DNA of 31,371 nt, from positions 1 through 31,371 of the IMG/VR virus record IMGVR_UViG_3300005261_000049; one strand, given 5' to 3'. The translations under genes were made by a program, and so were the position numbers. The number at the start of each line of letters is the position of its first letter. Position 1 is the first letter of the stretch. This DNA is from a virus. Its lineage: Duplodnaviria; Caudoviricetes. The notes below the pieces were generated by a model. The model had not been told where the DNA came from and did not search any database. It saw nothing but the letters and a program-made list of their open reading frames with translations. Positions 8,675 through 18,187 of the stretch are shown here, piece by piece.

Positions 8675-9916
8675 CGACTGCGGCAATGGGCCGCCTGGTC
8701 CTTGGCCTAGAAGCCCCTCATAAGGGCCTTGGAAGGGGCTTGATAGGGCAAGAGAACAATCATCATGATGGTGATGTAGGCCTTAGGGAGGCGTTGCGGA
8801 TGGGTCACGAACCCACAAGATTTGCCCACCGCTTCAGAGTAGCCTGTTTTTTTAAACATGCTGGACATGTGTACAGTTCTCCATGTAGACTCCTCCATGT
8901 CGGTGTCCGCCAGCACAGACGAAACGGAATAGGGCTCTTTAGCCTTAGCTCTGCGCCCGCAAGGGTACACGCTGGCGGGCGTTGCAGAGTTAGGACTAAA
9001 GGGCTTTTTTGTTGGAGTACTGGCCGAAGTTCGCAGTACGCAAAGTGGGACTAAGAACCCAGCAGCAATGATCCTCCCGACTCAGCCTGACTGGACGCTG
9101 TAAGACCGCTCTAGAGGCCGCCGTAGCAGTGTTGAGAGACCACGGGGGAACCTTCCCAAGTCAACGCCATAAGAGTGACCCGCAAGGGTATGCAGCAACG
9201 GCGAGAAGGGGCGCATGCAGAGCGCGTAATGCTGCAAGCTGTCACGCTGCACTGATGACAGTCCGATAAAGTCCGAAGGCTCGTCCGCACTGGGTGCCAA
9301 GGAATCGGTAAACGCTAAGGGGCTTGCGCAGCCTCTTAGGTGAGAGTTTGCCGATTTGCAGAACCGAAACTGAACCGCTTGGGATTCCCGCCTGTTTGTG
9401 ATAGCTAAAACAGGGGAAAAATGCACACGCTGCGCTTCGCGCTGGAAAAAATGCCGTTTTTCGGGTGAAAAACCCAAAAAAATTTCGCTAGCGCGGCACC
9501 GCTTACCAATCACCTCTCCAGTAACTGCTGTCTTGCGTGCAAAACATGCACATCGACGGCACAGAATGCCCCGCAGTTCAGCCGCAGCGCTGTTTTCGCA
9601 CTATGGCCGCACAGTGGGGTCATGAGCCAAACCACCACACTTAAACCAACAGACCAACCTCCGGTTGATCTACGCCTCACCCCCGCAGCACAGGCATACA
9701 AAGCCGCTGTATTGCGAGACCTGGCGAAGAGCTGGCGCAACGAGGCGCATCATGTTACGGAACTGACGCGCTCTGAGCTGTCACCTGATGCCCGAACTGG
9801 TACCCGTGCAGCTTTGACCGTATGGAGGGCCGCGCGCCAACCTAGGTAGCCAGTTCGGCTTGGGCCGCTTGTTTGGACGCAGTCGAGCGCGGGGCTCCGC
9901 GTGTAAAAGCTACCCG

Positions 9917-9959
9917 CCCCCCCTAAGGTTTCCACATTTCAGGGTGCAAACCAAGAATT
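9917..9959 (+). promoter_or_regulatory. Conserved promoter-like motif, copy 1 (upstream of rha-ant)
   Basis: C-run + TAAGGTT (T at 9924); AAGAATT starts 29 bp after that T. Confidence 0.65.
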
Positions 9960-9990
9960 GACCTCATAGCGAAAACCTAGCGAGGTCGAC

Positions 9991-10716
9991 ATGAACCAAC
10001 TCACTGTAGCGGGCCGTGCGCCCCTGACCATGACCAGTGCCGAGATTGGCGAGCTGGTCGAATCACGCCATGACAGTGTGAAGCGCACCATTGAACGCTT
10101 GGCCGATCGTGGTGTGATTCAACTTCCACCATTGGTGGATGTTCCAAACCACCTTGGTCAGACCGTAAGCGTCTACCAACTTGAGAAGCGTGACAGTTTG
10201 GTGGTGGTGGCCCAGCTCTCGCCCGAGTTCACAGCCCGCATCGTGGACCGCTGGCAAGAGTTGGAAGCACAGCAGGCACCAGCCTTGCCCGCCACCTACC
10301 TCGACGCCCTGCGCGCGCACCTTGCGTCTGAGGAAAAAGCCGCGGCCCTGGCCATTGAAGTCCAGAAGAAGGAGCAGGCCCTGGTGGAAGCGGCCCCCAA
10401 GGTGGAGTTCGTCGAGCGATATGTGCAGGCCAGCAGCGGGGCCTTGGGTTTCCGCCAGGTCTGCAAGACGCTGTGCCTCAATGAGAAGTGGCTGGCCGAG
10501 TTCTTGGAGCTGCACCAGATCATGTACCGCTTGGGCGGAAAACTCACCCCCTACCAGCAGCACATCCAGGCCGGCCGCTTTGAAGTGAAGACCGGTGTGT
10601 CGGATAGCGGCTATGGCTATGTGCAGCCCAAGTTCACCCCCAAGGGGGTGCAGTGGCTGGCCGCAGAGATTGCCAAGCACCATGCAGCCAAGCAGATGAA
10701 GGCGCTGGCAGCTTGA
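9991..10716 (+). CDS. Phage antirepressor: Rha-type N-terminal domain + ANT/KilA-C domain
   Basis: MTSAEIGELVESRHDSVKRTIERL...FTARIVDRWQELE (Rha); APKVEFV...PYQQHIQAGRFEVK...FTPKGVQWL (ANT). Confidence 0.9.
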   Translation: MNQLTVAGRAPLTMTSAEIGELVESRHDSVKRTIERLADRGVIQLPPLVDVPNHLGQTVSVYQLEKRDSLVVVAQLSPEFTARIVDRWQELEAQQAPALPATYLDALRAHLASEEKAAALAIEVQKKEQALVEAAPKVEFVERYVQASSGALGFRQVCKTLCLNEKWLAEFLELHQIMYRLGGKLTPYQQHIQAGRFEVKTGVSDSGYGYVQPKFTPKGVQWLAAEIAKHHAAKQMKALAA

Positions 10717-10759
10717 CGGCCTGTGTGTGGATTTTGCCAACGCTTGCAGTCAGCAAAAA

Positions 10760-11482
10760 ATGAATAGCGTTCAACAGACAAGCCAACGCGTGTACGTTGC
10801 CGGCCTTTTTAACTTCAGCCCCCGCGAGCTTGAGCGAATGGCGGGTCTCAAAAGCCTGGATGACCTGGACATCGAGTGGCTGCCGATGCGGCAGGTTCAT
10901 GAGTATGTGCCCATCGCCCAGGAAACCGCTAGGCGCCTTTGGACCTACAAGCCGCCCAAGTGCATCACTGTGCAGCGGCGTGACGGCAAGCTTTATGCCC
11001 GGGTCGAGGATCTCAGAATTTACATGGCGAGGCGTAAATTGCTCACTGAGAAACATGCGGCCCTGGGGTTTGGCCCATTGGTCAGAATTTCGACGTTGCC
11101 TGAAGAGCGGGAAAACTGGGTCGGCAGGCGTGCGACGGGGAAGTATGCGGCGATCCAGGGCATGCTGTGCACAACGCAGGACATCGCCCGTGTCATGGGT
11201 GTAAAGCGCAATTCGCTCAGTCACAAGCACTATCGAGAGATCCTGCCACGCCCACTACTGTGGAGACATGGGGGCGCGAAAGCGTCGAACCTTTGGCCGC
11301 GGGAGGTGCTTGAGTTTGCCCAGTTTGTGCGGGAGTCCTTGAGCAAATCGTCGAGAGCACGAAAGATCCTCGAAAAGGCGGCCAAACAGATTGAGCAAAG
11401 TTACGAGCACCTGTGCGTGGACGACTTGATCTTGGCGCAAATGCGAAAGTCAGGGGGCCCGGAAACCAGTCCCCCCCTCTAA
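10760..11482 (+). CDS. Hypothetical basic protein with a possible HTH
   Basis: Long ORF directly after ant; TTQDIARVMGVKRNSL is HTH-like; start uncertain (10727 or 10760). Confidence 0.6.
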   Translation: MNSVQQTSQRVYVAGLFNFSPRELERMAGLKSLDDLDIEWLPMRQVHEYVPIAQETARRLWTYKPPKCITVQRRDGKLYARVEDLRIYMARRKLLTEKHAALGFGPLVRISTLPEERENWVGRRATGKYAAIQGMLCTTQDIARVMGVKRNSLSHKHYREILPRPLLWRHGGAKASNLWPREVLEFAQFVRESLSKSSRARKILEKAAKQIEQSYEHLCVDDLILAQMRKSGGPETSPPL

Positions 11483-11515
11483 GGTTGGCGCAAACCTAGC
11501 GAAAAAAGAAAACTT
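11471..11515 (+). promoter_or_regulatory. Conserved promoter-like motif, copy 2 (upstream of packaging operon)
   Basis: CCCCCCCTCTAAGGTT (T at 11480); AAAACTT at +29. Confidence 0.65.
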
Positions 11516-11543
11516 CACCCATCGCAAGCAGTTGGAGTGAAGG

Positions 11544-12233
11544 ATGAACCAGTGTGCAACGCAAGAAGGTGCTGCCGGCACCGCAGCTGTCGCTGATGGG
11601 CTGCGCATCAGCAGCATCACAGAGACAGCGCGCCGGCAGCTCAAGAGGGCGGAGAACAAGGCGGCTACAGCCAAGAAGAAGCTGGATGGGGCCATCGCCA
11701 GCAAGAGCAGCCGCACCCAGATTCTGGAGGCCATCGCCTCGCTGCATGAATCGGAAGTGGTGATTTCCAGGCAGCGCCTGCAGACCATCACGGGCTTGAA
11801 GCAATACGTCGTAGATGACAACCTCAATACGCTTGTCAATGAGGGAGTCTTGCGTCGATTGGTGGCAGGCGTTTTCGCACCGGTAGTGACTTACCGGGAA
11901 TCACGCTCGATCTCTCATACCTTGCTGCCTGACGGCACCTCCAAGCTGGAGCTGGGGGAGCTGTGCATTGATCTGACGCCCAAGGAGCGCCGCATGTTGG
12001 GAAGCATGCTGATGGGCGACGCAGCCTTTCTCAGCAACTTGCAAACAACGCACGACTTCAACGTCTTGGCCAGTGAACTGACCACCTGCATGTTGCTGCT
12101 GCGCAGGACCACTGCCTTTCAAGAACAAATTGGCGAGCAATTGGGTGTCACCGTGGATCCCGCAACCAAGGGCCTTGGTGATCGCTTGGCAGTGCTCGCT
12201 GACCGTTTGATTGAAGGCTCTTATCGCTCCTAA
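11544..12233 (+). CDS. Hypothetical winged-helix-like phage protein upstream of terS
   Basis: GGAG RBS; QILEAIASLHE...SRQRLQTITGLKQYVVDDNLNTLVNEGVLRRLVAGVF is wHTH-like. Confidence 0.7.
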   Translation: MNQCATQEGAAGTAAVADGLRISSITETARRQLKRAENKAATAKKKLDGAIASKSSRTQILEAIASLHESEVVISRQRLQTITGLKQYVVDDNLNTLVNEGVLRRLVAGVFAPVVTYRESRSISHTLLPDGTSKLELGELCIDLTPKERRMLGSMLMGDAAFLSNLQTTHDFNVLASELTTCMLLLRRTTAFQEQIGEQLGVTVDPATKGLGDRLAVLADRLIEGSYRS

Positions 12234-12258
12234 GCGCCAGGACATGAGGGACGAGACC

Positions 12259-13032
12259 ATGACACAAGAACCCATCAAGACCCGGGCGCAGCGCTCCAAC
12301 GCGGACTGGGGCGCTATTGAGATGCTCTACAAGACGACAGCCATTTCCGTTCGCCAAATTGCGAAAGATCACGGCGTGAGCGGACCAGCTATCGCCAAGC
12401 GTGCCGCCAGAGACAAGTGGGTGCGGACAGCAGTGTGTGGCGCCCAGCAAATCCCAGCAGCCACTGAAGAGGTGCAAACCGATTTCAACCGTGAAGTGGG
12501 AAGCCAAGACGCCTGCAAAGCTGAGCCAGCTGGAAACCAAGTGCAAACCGGAAAGCGTGGCCGCAAGAGCAGCTACACCCCAGAGTTGGGTACTCACATT
12601 TGCCTGGAGATTGCAGGTGGCAAGAGCCTTCGCAAGGTGTGCTCCATGGAGGGCATGCCGGATATGAGCACTGTCCTTCGGTGGCTGGCAGATGACGAGA
12701 AGGAATTTTTCCACAAGCAATACGCGCGCGCGTGCGAGGCCCGTGGCGTCTCTTTGGCAGAAGAAGCGATGGAGATCGTTGACCAGCCAGTCAAGACGCC
12801 GCTGGAGTTGGCGCACAACAAAGCCAAGGCCGATCAACGCAAGTGGTACGCATCCAAGCTATCCCCCAAGCGCTTTGGCGACAAGCTGGCCGTTGGCGGT
12901 GCTGATGACCTGCCTCCCGTGCAAGTCCAAGAGCGTGAGCTGACAGAGGCAGAGCGCGCTGTGCGGGTGCTCAACGCCCTCAAGAGCACGCCGGATCTGA
13001 TTGCATCGCTGGTGTCTGGCGTTCAGGGGTAA
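12259..13032 (+). CDS. terS: Terminase small subunit (Sf6/P22-like core with an extra N-terminal HTH)
   Basis: GRKSSYTPELGTHICLEIAGGKSLRKVC...MPDMSTVLRWL...QYARA...RKWYASKLSPKRFGDK; sits before terL; start may be 12244. Confidence 0.88.
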   Translation: MTQEPIKTRAQRSNADWGAIEMLYKTTAISVRQIAKDHGVSGPAIAKRAARDKWVRTAVCGAQQIPAATEEVQTDFNREVGSQDACKAEPAGNQVQTGKRGRKSSYTPELGTHICLEIAGGKSLRKVCSMEGMPDMSTVLRWLADDEKEFFHKQYARACEARGVSLAEEAMEIVDQPVKTPLELAHNKAKADQRKWYASKLSPKRFGDKLAVGGADDLPPVQVQERELTEAERAVRVLNALKSTPDLIASLVSGVQG

Positions 13033-13035
13033 GCC

Positions 13036-14598
13036 GTGGCTGCAGAGTTGGACATCAACAAGGTCATTCAAGCCCTCAAAGGCATGACTCCAGAGGCCAA
13101 AAAGGCGCTGGACGCTGTGCTGCTGGCTGACGCGCCTATCTGGGTGCCGCAAGAAGGCCCGCAGCGCGCTGCTTATGACTCGCTGGCTGACATCGTTTAC
13201 TACGGCGGTTCTGCCGGCGGTGGCAAGACTGACCTGCTACTTGGCTTGGCCCTGACAAAGCAGCGTCACAGCATTCTCTTTCGGCGCCAGTCGGTGCAAT
13301 TGACCGGCATTGAAGAGCGCATGACCAAGATTCTGGGCTCACGTGACGGCTACAACGGACAGACCGGCATTTGGCGTTTGCCGTCCAAGCGCGTGCTTGA
13401 GCTGGGGCATTGCAAGGATCCTGGGGATTGGATCAAGTACCAAGGCCGCCCCCACGATGCCAAGCTGTTTGACGAGATTCCTCACTTCACAGAGACGCAA
13501 TTTCGCAACCTGATCGGCTGGCTGCGTTCTGATGACCCCTCGGTGCGTCAGCGCGTGGTGTGCGCCGGTAACCCCCCTACAGACCCAGAAGGCGAGTGGG
13601 TCAAGCGCTTTTGGGCTGCGTGGCTTGATCCGATGCACCCCAATCCAGCCAAGCCTGGTGAGCTGCGTTGGTACATCACCAACGACAAGGGCGAGGATGA
13701 GGAAGTCAGTGGTCCAGAGGACGTGCTGGTGAATGGTGAACCGGTCAAACCCATGAGCCGCACCTTCATTCCATCCAGTGTCGACGACAACTACTTCCTG
13801 ATGGCCACGGGCTACAAGCAGAAGCTGCAGGCGCTTCCAGAGCCATTGCGCTCTCAAATGCTGCGCGGCGACTTCAATGCGGGTTCTGTCGATCCTGCAT
13901 GGCAGTTGATCCCCACGGATTGGGTCAAGGCCGCACAGGCGCGCTGGGAGAAGAAAGAGGCCAAGGGCACGATGACCGCGCTGGGCTTCGATCCTTCCCG
14001 TGGTGGCCAAGACAAGTCTTCGATAGCACGCCGCCATGGCCAGTGGTTTGACGAGCTGGTGACCGCGCCCGGTTTGGTGACCAAGGACGGCCCTACAGCG
14101 GCTGCGTTCGTTGTGCCGCACGTCCGTGACGGTGCCTGCATCTGTGTGGATGCGATCGGCATTGGATCCAGCGCCTTGGACTTCCTGGTGGGCCTGAACC
14201 TCAATGTCCTACCCGTGGTGGGCTCTGAGGGCTCTGGGCTGATGGACAAGGCTGGCCAGCTGCGCTTTCGGAACAAGCGCGCCGAGATGTATTGGCGGCT
14301 GCGTGAAGCACTGGACCCCACCGTGCCTGAGCCCATCGCGCTGCCACCAGACCAAGAGCTGCTGGGTGACCTGACCGCCGTTCGCTACAAGGTGGTGACC
14401 ATGGGCAGCAAGTCAGCCATTCAGATGCGCAGCAAGGACGAAATCCGCGAAGCGCTTGGCCGCTCCCCAGACAAAGGGGACGCAGTGGCCATGACCTTTA
14501 TCTCCGACATCCCCGCACCTAAGGCAGAGCGCGCTCCAAAAAGCTGGCGCGACCGCCTGAAAAAGCACAGCGGTGGTGGCAACTACATGACTGCGTGA
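13036..14598 (+). CDS. terL: Terminase large subunit
   Basis: Walker A YGGSAGGGKT, Walker B LFDE, CAGNP coupling motif, RNase H-like GFDPSRGGQD and SPDKGDA. Confidence 0.95.
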   Translation: MAAELDINKVIQALKGMTPEAKKALDAVLLADAPIWVPQEGPQRAAYDSLADIVYYGGSAGGGKTDLLLGLALTKQRHSILFRRQSVQLTGIEERMTKILGSRDGYNGQTGIWRLPSKRVLELGHCKDPGDWIKYQGRPHDAKLFDEIPHFTETQFRNLIGWLRSDDPSVRQRVVCAGNPPTDPEGEWVKRFWAAWLDPMHPNPAKPGELRWYITNDKGEDEEVSGPEDVLVNGEPVKPMSRTFIPSSVDDNYFLMATGYKQKLQALPEPLRSQMLRGDFNAGSVDPAWQLIPTDWVKAAQARWEKKEAKGTMTALGFDPSRGGQDKSSIARRHGQWFDELVTAPGLVTKDGPTAAAFVVPHVRDGACICVDAIGIGSSALDFLVGLNLNVLPVVGSEGSGLMDKAGQLRFRNKRAEMYWRLREALDPTVPEPIALPPDQELLGDLTAVRYKVVTMGSKSAIQMRSKDEIREALGRSPDKGDAVAMTFISDIPAPKAERAPKSWRDRLKKHSGGGNYMTA

Positions 14599-14606
14599 GG
14601 CAATCC

Positions 14607-16730
14607 ATGAGCAATCCAAAAGCACGTGCCAATTGGGACCGTTGGCAGTACGGCAAGAACCGTGGCCATATCGACTACATGGAGCAGGCCGACCGCTGCG
14701 AACAGATGTATTTGGGTGGTGGCCGACAGTGGCGCGCCGAAGATCGCGCCTTTGTGGAGGGGCAAAAGCGCCCAGCCCTGGAGTTCAACGAAATCAAGGG
14801 AGCGGTCAATACCGCCATTGGCTACCAGATCCAGAACCGGATGGACATCGCTTTCAAGCCCCGCGGTGGTGAGGCTGACCTGGCCACGGCCACGATCTTG
14901 TCCAAGGTGGCCATGCAGGTGGCCGACCAGTGTGGCCTGCACTGGAAAGAAACGCAGGTGTTCAGCGATGGGCTGATTCAGCAGCGCGGCTACTTCGACG
15001 TGCGGATGAACTTCGACCAGAACATTCATGGTGAGATTCAAGTCGATACACTGGATCCGCTGGATGTCATGCCCGACCCGGATGCCAAGACCTACGACCC
15101 CAAGGGCTGGTCTGATGTGACGATCTCGCGCTGGCTCACCCTGGATGAAATCGAAAACCGCTACGGCAAGAAGGCTCGCAAGATCGCTGACGAGAGCGGT
15201 GATGCTGGCTATGACTTTGGCGATGCTGGTGATGATGGCCCAGAGCGCAACAAATTCGGTGCAGGCGGCGTTGCTGGTGTGGCTGAGGCATTCAGCAGTC
15301 AAGCCGAAGGGCCGCATCGCTTTCGGGTGATTGACCGCCAGATTCGTGTCTACAAGCTCACGAAGTGCGTGGTGTTTCCTGATACGGGCGATGTGCGCCC
15401 CGTCGATCAGCTCTCCGCGGAGTCGCTGGCAGACGCACTGGCCAAGGGGGCTGTGGAAACCAAGCGCATGCAGCACCGCATTGAGTGGGTGGTCAGCACT
15501 TGCACCAGCGTGCTGCATGATGCAACAAGCCCCTACGATGATTTCACGGTGGTGCCGTACTTCGCGTACTTCCGCCGTGGCCTGACGGTGGGCATGGTGG
15601 ACGATGCGATTGGCCCTCAGGAGGCACTGAACAAGGCTGTGAGCCAGTTTGTGCACATCCTCAACACTTCGGCCAATAGCGGCTGGATCACCGAAGAGAA
15701 CTCCATTACCAATATGGATTCGGGAGAGTTGGAGCAGCGCGGTGCCACGACTGGCTTGCATATTGAGGTGAAGAAGGGGGCGAAGCCTCCCCAGAAGATC
15801 AAACCCAACGAAGTGCCAACAGGTGTGGATCGCCTGATCGACCGCGCTGACAAGGCCATCAGGGATGCGACGGTGCCCGATGTGCTGCGTGGTTCTGCAG
15901 GACCAGAGGTGGCAGGCGTGGCTATCCAAAGCCGCCAGTTTGCAGGGCAGCAGCAGCTGGCCGTGCCGCTGGACAACCTGGCATACACCCGCAGGCTGCT
16001 GGCGCGCCGTATCTTGGCCTTGATCCAGACCTTCTACGATGCCCACCGCATTTTTCGGATCACGGAAACCAACCCTTACACCGGCAAGCAAGAGGTGGAG
16101 ACGGTGGAGATCAACCAGTACGACGGTGCTACTGGTGGCTATTTCAACGATGTGACGGTGGGCACCTATGACGTGGTGATCACTGAGCAGCCCATGCAGG
16201 TCACGTTCCAGAACAGTCAGTTCAACCAGGCTCTGGAGATGCGCAAGGCCGGCATCCGCATCTCGGATGCCATGGTGGTGCGCTACTCCAACCTCCAGGA
16301 CAAGCACGAGATCTTGCAGGGCCTGCAGCCTGCACCGCAGGAGTCGAACCCCGTGGATGCTGCACGCGCCGCTTTGTTGCAAGCGCAGGCCAACCGCACA
16401 GCCAAGGAAGCTGACCGTACTGAAGCCCAGACGCGAAAGATCGATGCAGAGGCTACCAACAAGCAAGTGGAGACGCAGTACAGCGCCGTGCAGACAGGCC
16501 AAGTGATTGCTGCCAATCCCGCTGTGTCTGGTTTGGCCGATGGCCTGCTGCGCTCTGCAAATTTCAAAGACCACGATGCCGCGCCCATCGTGCCTGAGGT
16601 GGATGCGAATGCAGCCCTCAGCGTGCCTGCCAACGTGCCCACCAACACCAACCCTTTAACCCCCGCCAACCCCAGCGTTGGCATGAATCGCGGCATCAGA
16701 ACCCCTGATGCAGATGGCGTGCAACCCTAA
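14607..16730 (+). CDS. Portal protein (P22/N4-like podoviral type, long C-terminal barrel)
   Basis: Follows terL; ~707 aa; QW...RPALEFNEIK, IGPQEALNK, GVAIQSRQ motifs; C-terminal coiled coil. Confidence 0.88.
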   Translation: MSNPKARANWDRWQYGKNRGHIDYMEQADRCEQMYLGGGRQWRAEDRAFVEGQKRPALEFNEIKGAVNTAIGYQIQNRMDIAFKPRGGEADLATATILSKVAMQVADQCGLHWKETQVFSDGLIQQRGYFDVRMNFDQNIHGEIQVDTLDPLDVMPDPDAKTYDPKGWSDVTISRWLTLDEIENRYGKKARKIADESGDAGYDFGDAGDDGPERNKFGAGGVAGVAEAFSSQAEGPHRFRVIDRQIRVYKLTKCVVFPDTGDVRPVDQLSAESLADALAKGAVETKRMQHRIEWVVSTCTSVLHDATSPYDDFTVVPYFAYFRRGLTVGMVDDAIGPQEALNKAVSQFVHILNTSANSGWITEENSITNMDSGELEQRGATTGLHIEVKKGAKPPQKIKPNEVPTGVDRLIDRADKAIRDATVPDVLRGSAGPEVAGVAIQSRQFAGQQQLAVPLDNLAYTRRLLARRILALIQTFYDAHRIFRITETNPYTGKQEVETVEINQYDGATGGYFNDVTVGTYDVVITEQPMQVTFQNSQFNQALEMRKAGIRISDAMVVRYSNLQDKHEILQGLQPAPQESNPVDAARAALLQAQANRTAKEADRTEAQTRKIDAEATNKQVETQYSAVQTGQVIAANPAVSGLADGLLRSANFKDHDAAPIVPEVDANAALSVPANVPTNTNPLTPANPSVGMNRGIRTPDADGVQP

Positions 16731-16740
16731 GGAGAACGAC

Positions 16741-16932
16741 ATGGCCAAAGACAAAAACCTGATTGCTACCTCTGGCGACCACGACAAATGGCAAGCCGAG
16801 GATGACATGCGCACCCTGGCGCGCGCCGAAGAAATTCGCAAGGACGCCAAGCGCTTTAAGGCCGCCGTGGCCATGGCCAAAGAGAAGGTCAAGGAGCTGG
16901 AAGCCCTGCAGCAACTCTCTGCCAAGTCCTAA
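16741..16932 (+). CDS. Small hypothetical head-module protein
   Basis: AAGGAGA RBS; 63 aa, WQAEDDMRTLARAEEIRKD. Confidence 0.75.
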   Translation: MAKDKNLIATSGDHDKWQAEDDMRTLARAEEIRKDAKRFKAAVAMAKEKVKELEALQQLSAKS

Positions 16933-16974
16933 GCACAACGTAGCCAGGCAATCCACCCACCACAGGAGAACAAC

Positions 16975-17916
16975 ATGCCCGCATTTATTCGCAACCTGCT
17001 GAACCGCCGTCTCATGAACCAGTTGGCTGAGGGCCAAGACTTACCCGGCGATGCCCAGGCAGCTGCTGACGAGCTGCAAAACGACGATGACTTTGCATCG
17101 ATTGAAGGACTGGATCGTGGCGATGGTCCAGGGCCTCAGACTGAGGCACCGCAGACAGCAGTTACACCAGCTGTTGATGTGAACTTGGAGGCGCTCAAGG
17201 CAATCGCGGCTTCAGCCGCCGACGAAGGCGCTGGTGATGAAGCAAAGCCACACGTGGGCAGCGTGCCAATGCCGCGCTTCCAAGAGGTTAATGAGCGCCG
17301 CAAACAGGCAGAAGCCGCGCTGGAAGCGGCCCAGGCAGAGTTACAAGCCGCGCGCAGCAAGAGCATTCCCAGCGAAGCGCTGGATGCCCTGGAAGAGAAG
17401 TACACGGCTGCCATGATGGATGGCAACACCAAGGAGGCTGTCAGTATTCGCCGCCAGATCAACCAGCATATTGAAGAGCAGGCCGTGCTGCGCATCAAGA
17501 ACGAGCAGGCACAGCGTCAAGCGGCACAGGCCAGCAGTGACTTTGTGGATTCATTCCTGAGTGCAAACCCATGGCTGAACACTGAAGAAGGCATGAAGGT
17601 TCAGGACATCCTGGCGGACTTGGTGGAGGTGCGCGTGCATCGTGGCGAGCCGTTCGAGAAGGCATTCCAAGACGTGGCAAATGAGATTCTGCCGCGTTAC
17701 GCGCCCGCAAACAGTGGGCCACCTGCTGCTGTTGACCCACGCGCCGCCAACTCGGTCAAGCGCGGGGCACAGGCTGCGGCTGCCCAAGCACCATCGATGC
17801 AAGGCGGGTTTGGCAATCGCGCCATGGGTACGGCGATGTATGACATCAACACCATCAGCGATGAAGACTTCATGAAGCTGAGCGAGGAAGACAAGGCGCG
17901 CATGCGTGGTGGCTGA
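16975..17916 (+). CDS. Putative capsid scaffolding protein
   Basis: AGGAGA RBS; acidic, coiled coil, VPMPRFQEVN motif, C-terminal ISDEDFMKLSEEDKARMRG; lies between portal and MCP. Confidence 0.75.
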   Translation: MPAFIRNLLNRRLMNQLAEGQDLPGDAQAAADELQNDDDFASIEGLDRGDGPGPQTEAPQTAVTPAVDVNLEALKAIAASAADEGAGDEAKPHVGSVPMPRFQEVNERRKQAEAALEAAQAELQAARSKSIPSEALDALEEKYTAAMMDGNTKEAVSIRRQINQHIEEQAVLRIKNEQAQRQAAQASSDFVDSFLSANPWLNTEEGMKVQDILADLVEVRVHRGEPFEKAFQDVANEILPRYAPANSGPPAAVDPRAANSVKRGAQAAAAQAPSMQGGFGNRAMGTAMYDINTISDEDFMKLSEEDKARMRGG

Positions 17917-17934
17917 TGCCAGCTCTTGAGCCTA

Positions 17935-17976
17935 CCCCCCTAAGGTTGTGAAAACCTGGGGGTGGGGTGGAAACTT
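17935..17976 (+). promoter_or_regulatory. Conserved promoter-like motif, copy 3 (upstream of MCP)
   Basis: CCCCCCTAAGGTT (T at 17941); GAAACTT at +29. Confidence 0.65.
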
Positions 17977-18187
17977 CAGTTCACTCGCAGGAGGCCAGCA
18001 CGCTCGCTGAAACTGGCCACCTTTCTTAACTCTAGCGAATCAGCCACGTGGTGAGGCGTTAAGTCGCCACCGTCTTTATAGCCCGACGCAAAACGGCTTG
18101 GCCGCTTGGCTGCCTCATTGCCATGTCTCCGCCTTTAGGGCTGCGCATGCCCGGACACAAGTACCAACTACTGCAAAAGGCATTGCC

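Noticed and set aside
8428-9054. 208-aa ORF with KPFLEGLG repeats
   Set aside because: The peptide repeats simply reflect the DNA repeats; no domain; weak coding character. Treated as non-coding, though a decayed rep fragment cannot be excluded
9622-9849. 75-aa ORF MSQTTTLKPT...
   Set aside because: Weak RBS and no recognisable family; cannot be supported
8200-9900. CRISPR array
   Set aside because: No constant repeat separating spacers and no cas genes
14583-16574. 663-aa minus-strand ORF (similarly 18059-19684, 23215-25269, 25309-26496, 28501-30378, 5903-6865)
   Set aside because: Antisense shadows of GC-rich, codon-biased + strand genes; no recognisable motifs
16725-16737. CCCTAAGGAG as a promoter motif copy
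   Set aside because: It is the portal stop codon plus the RBS of the next gene
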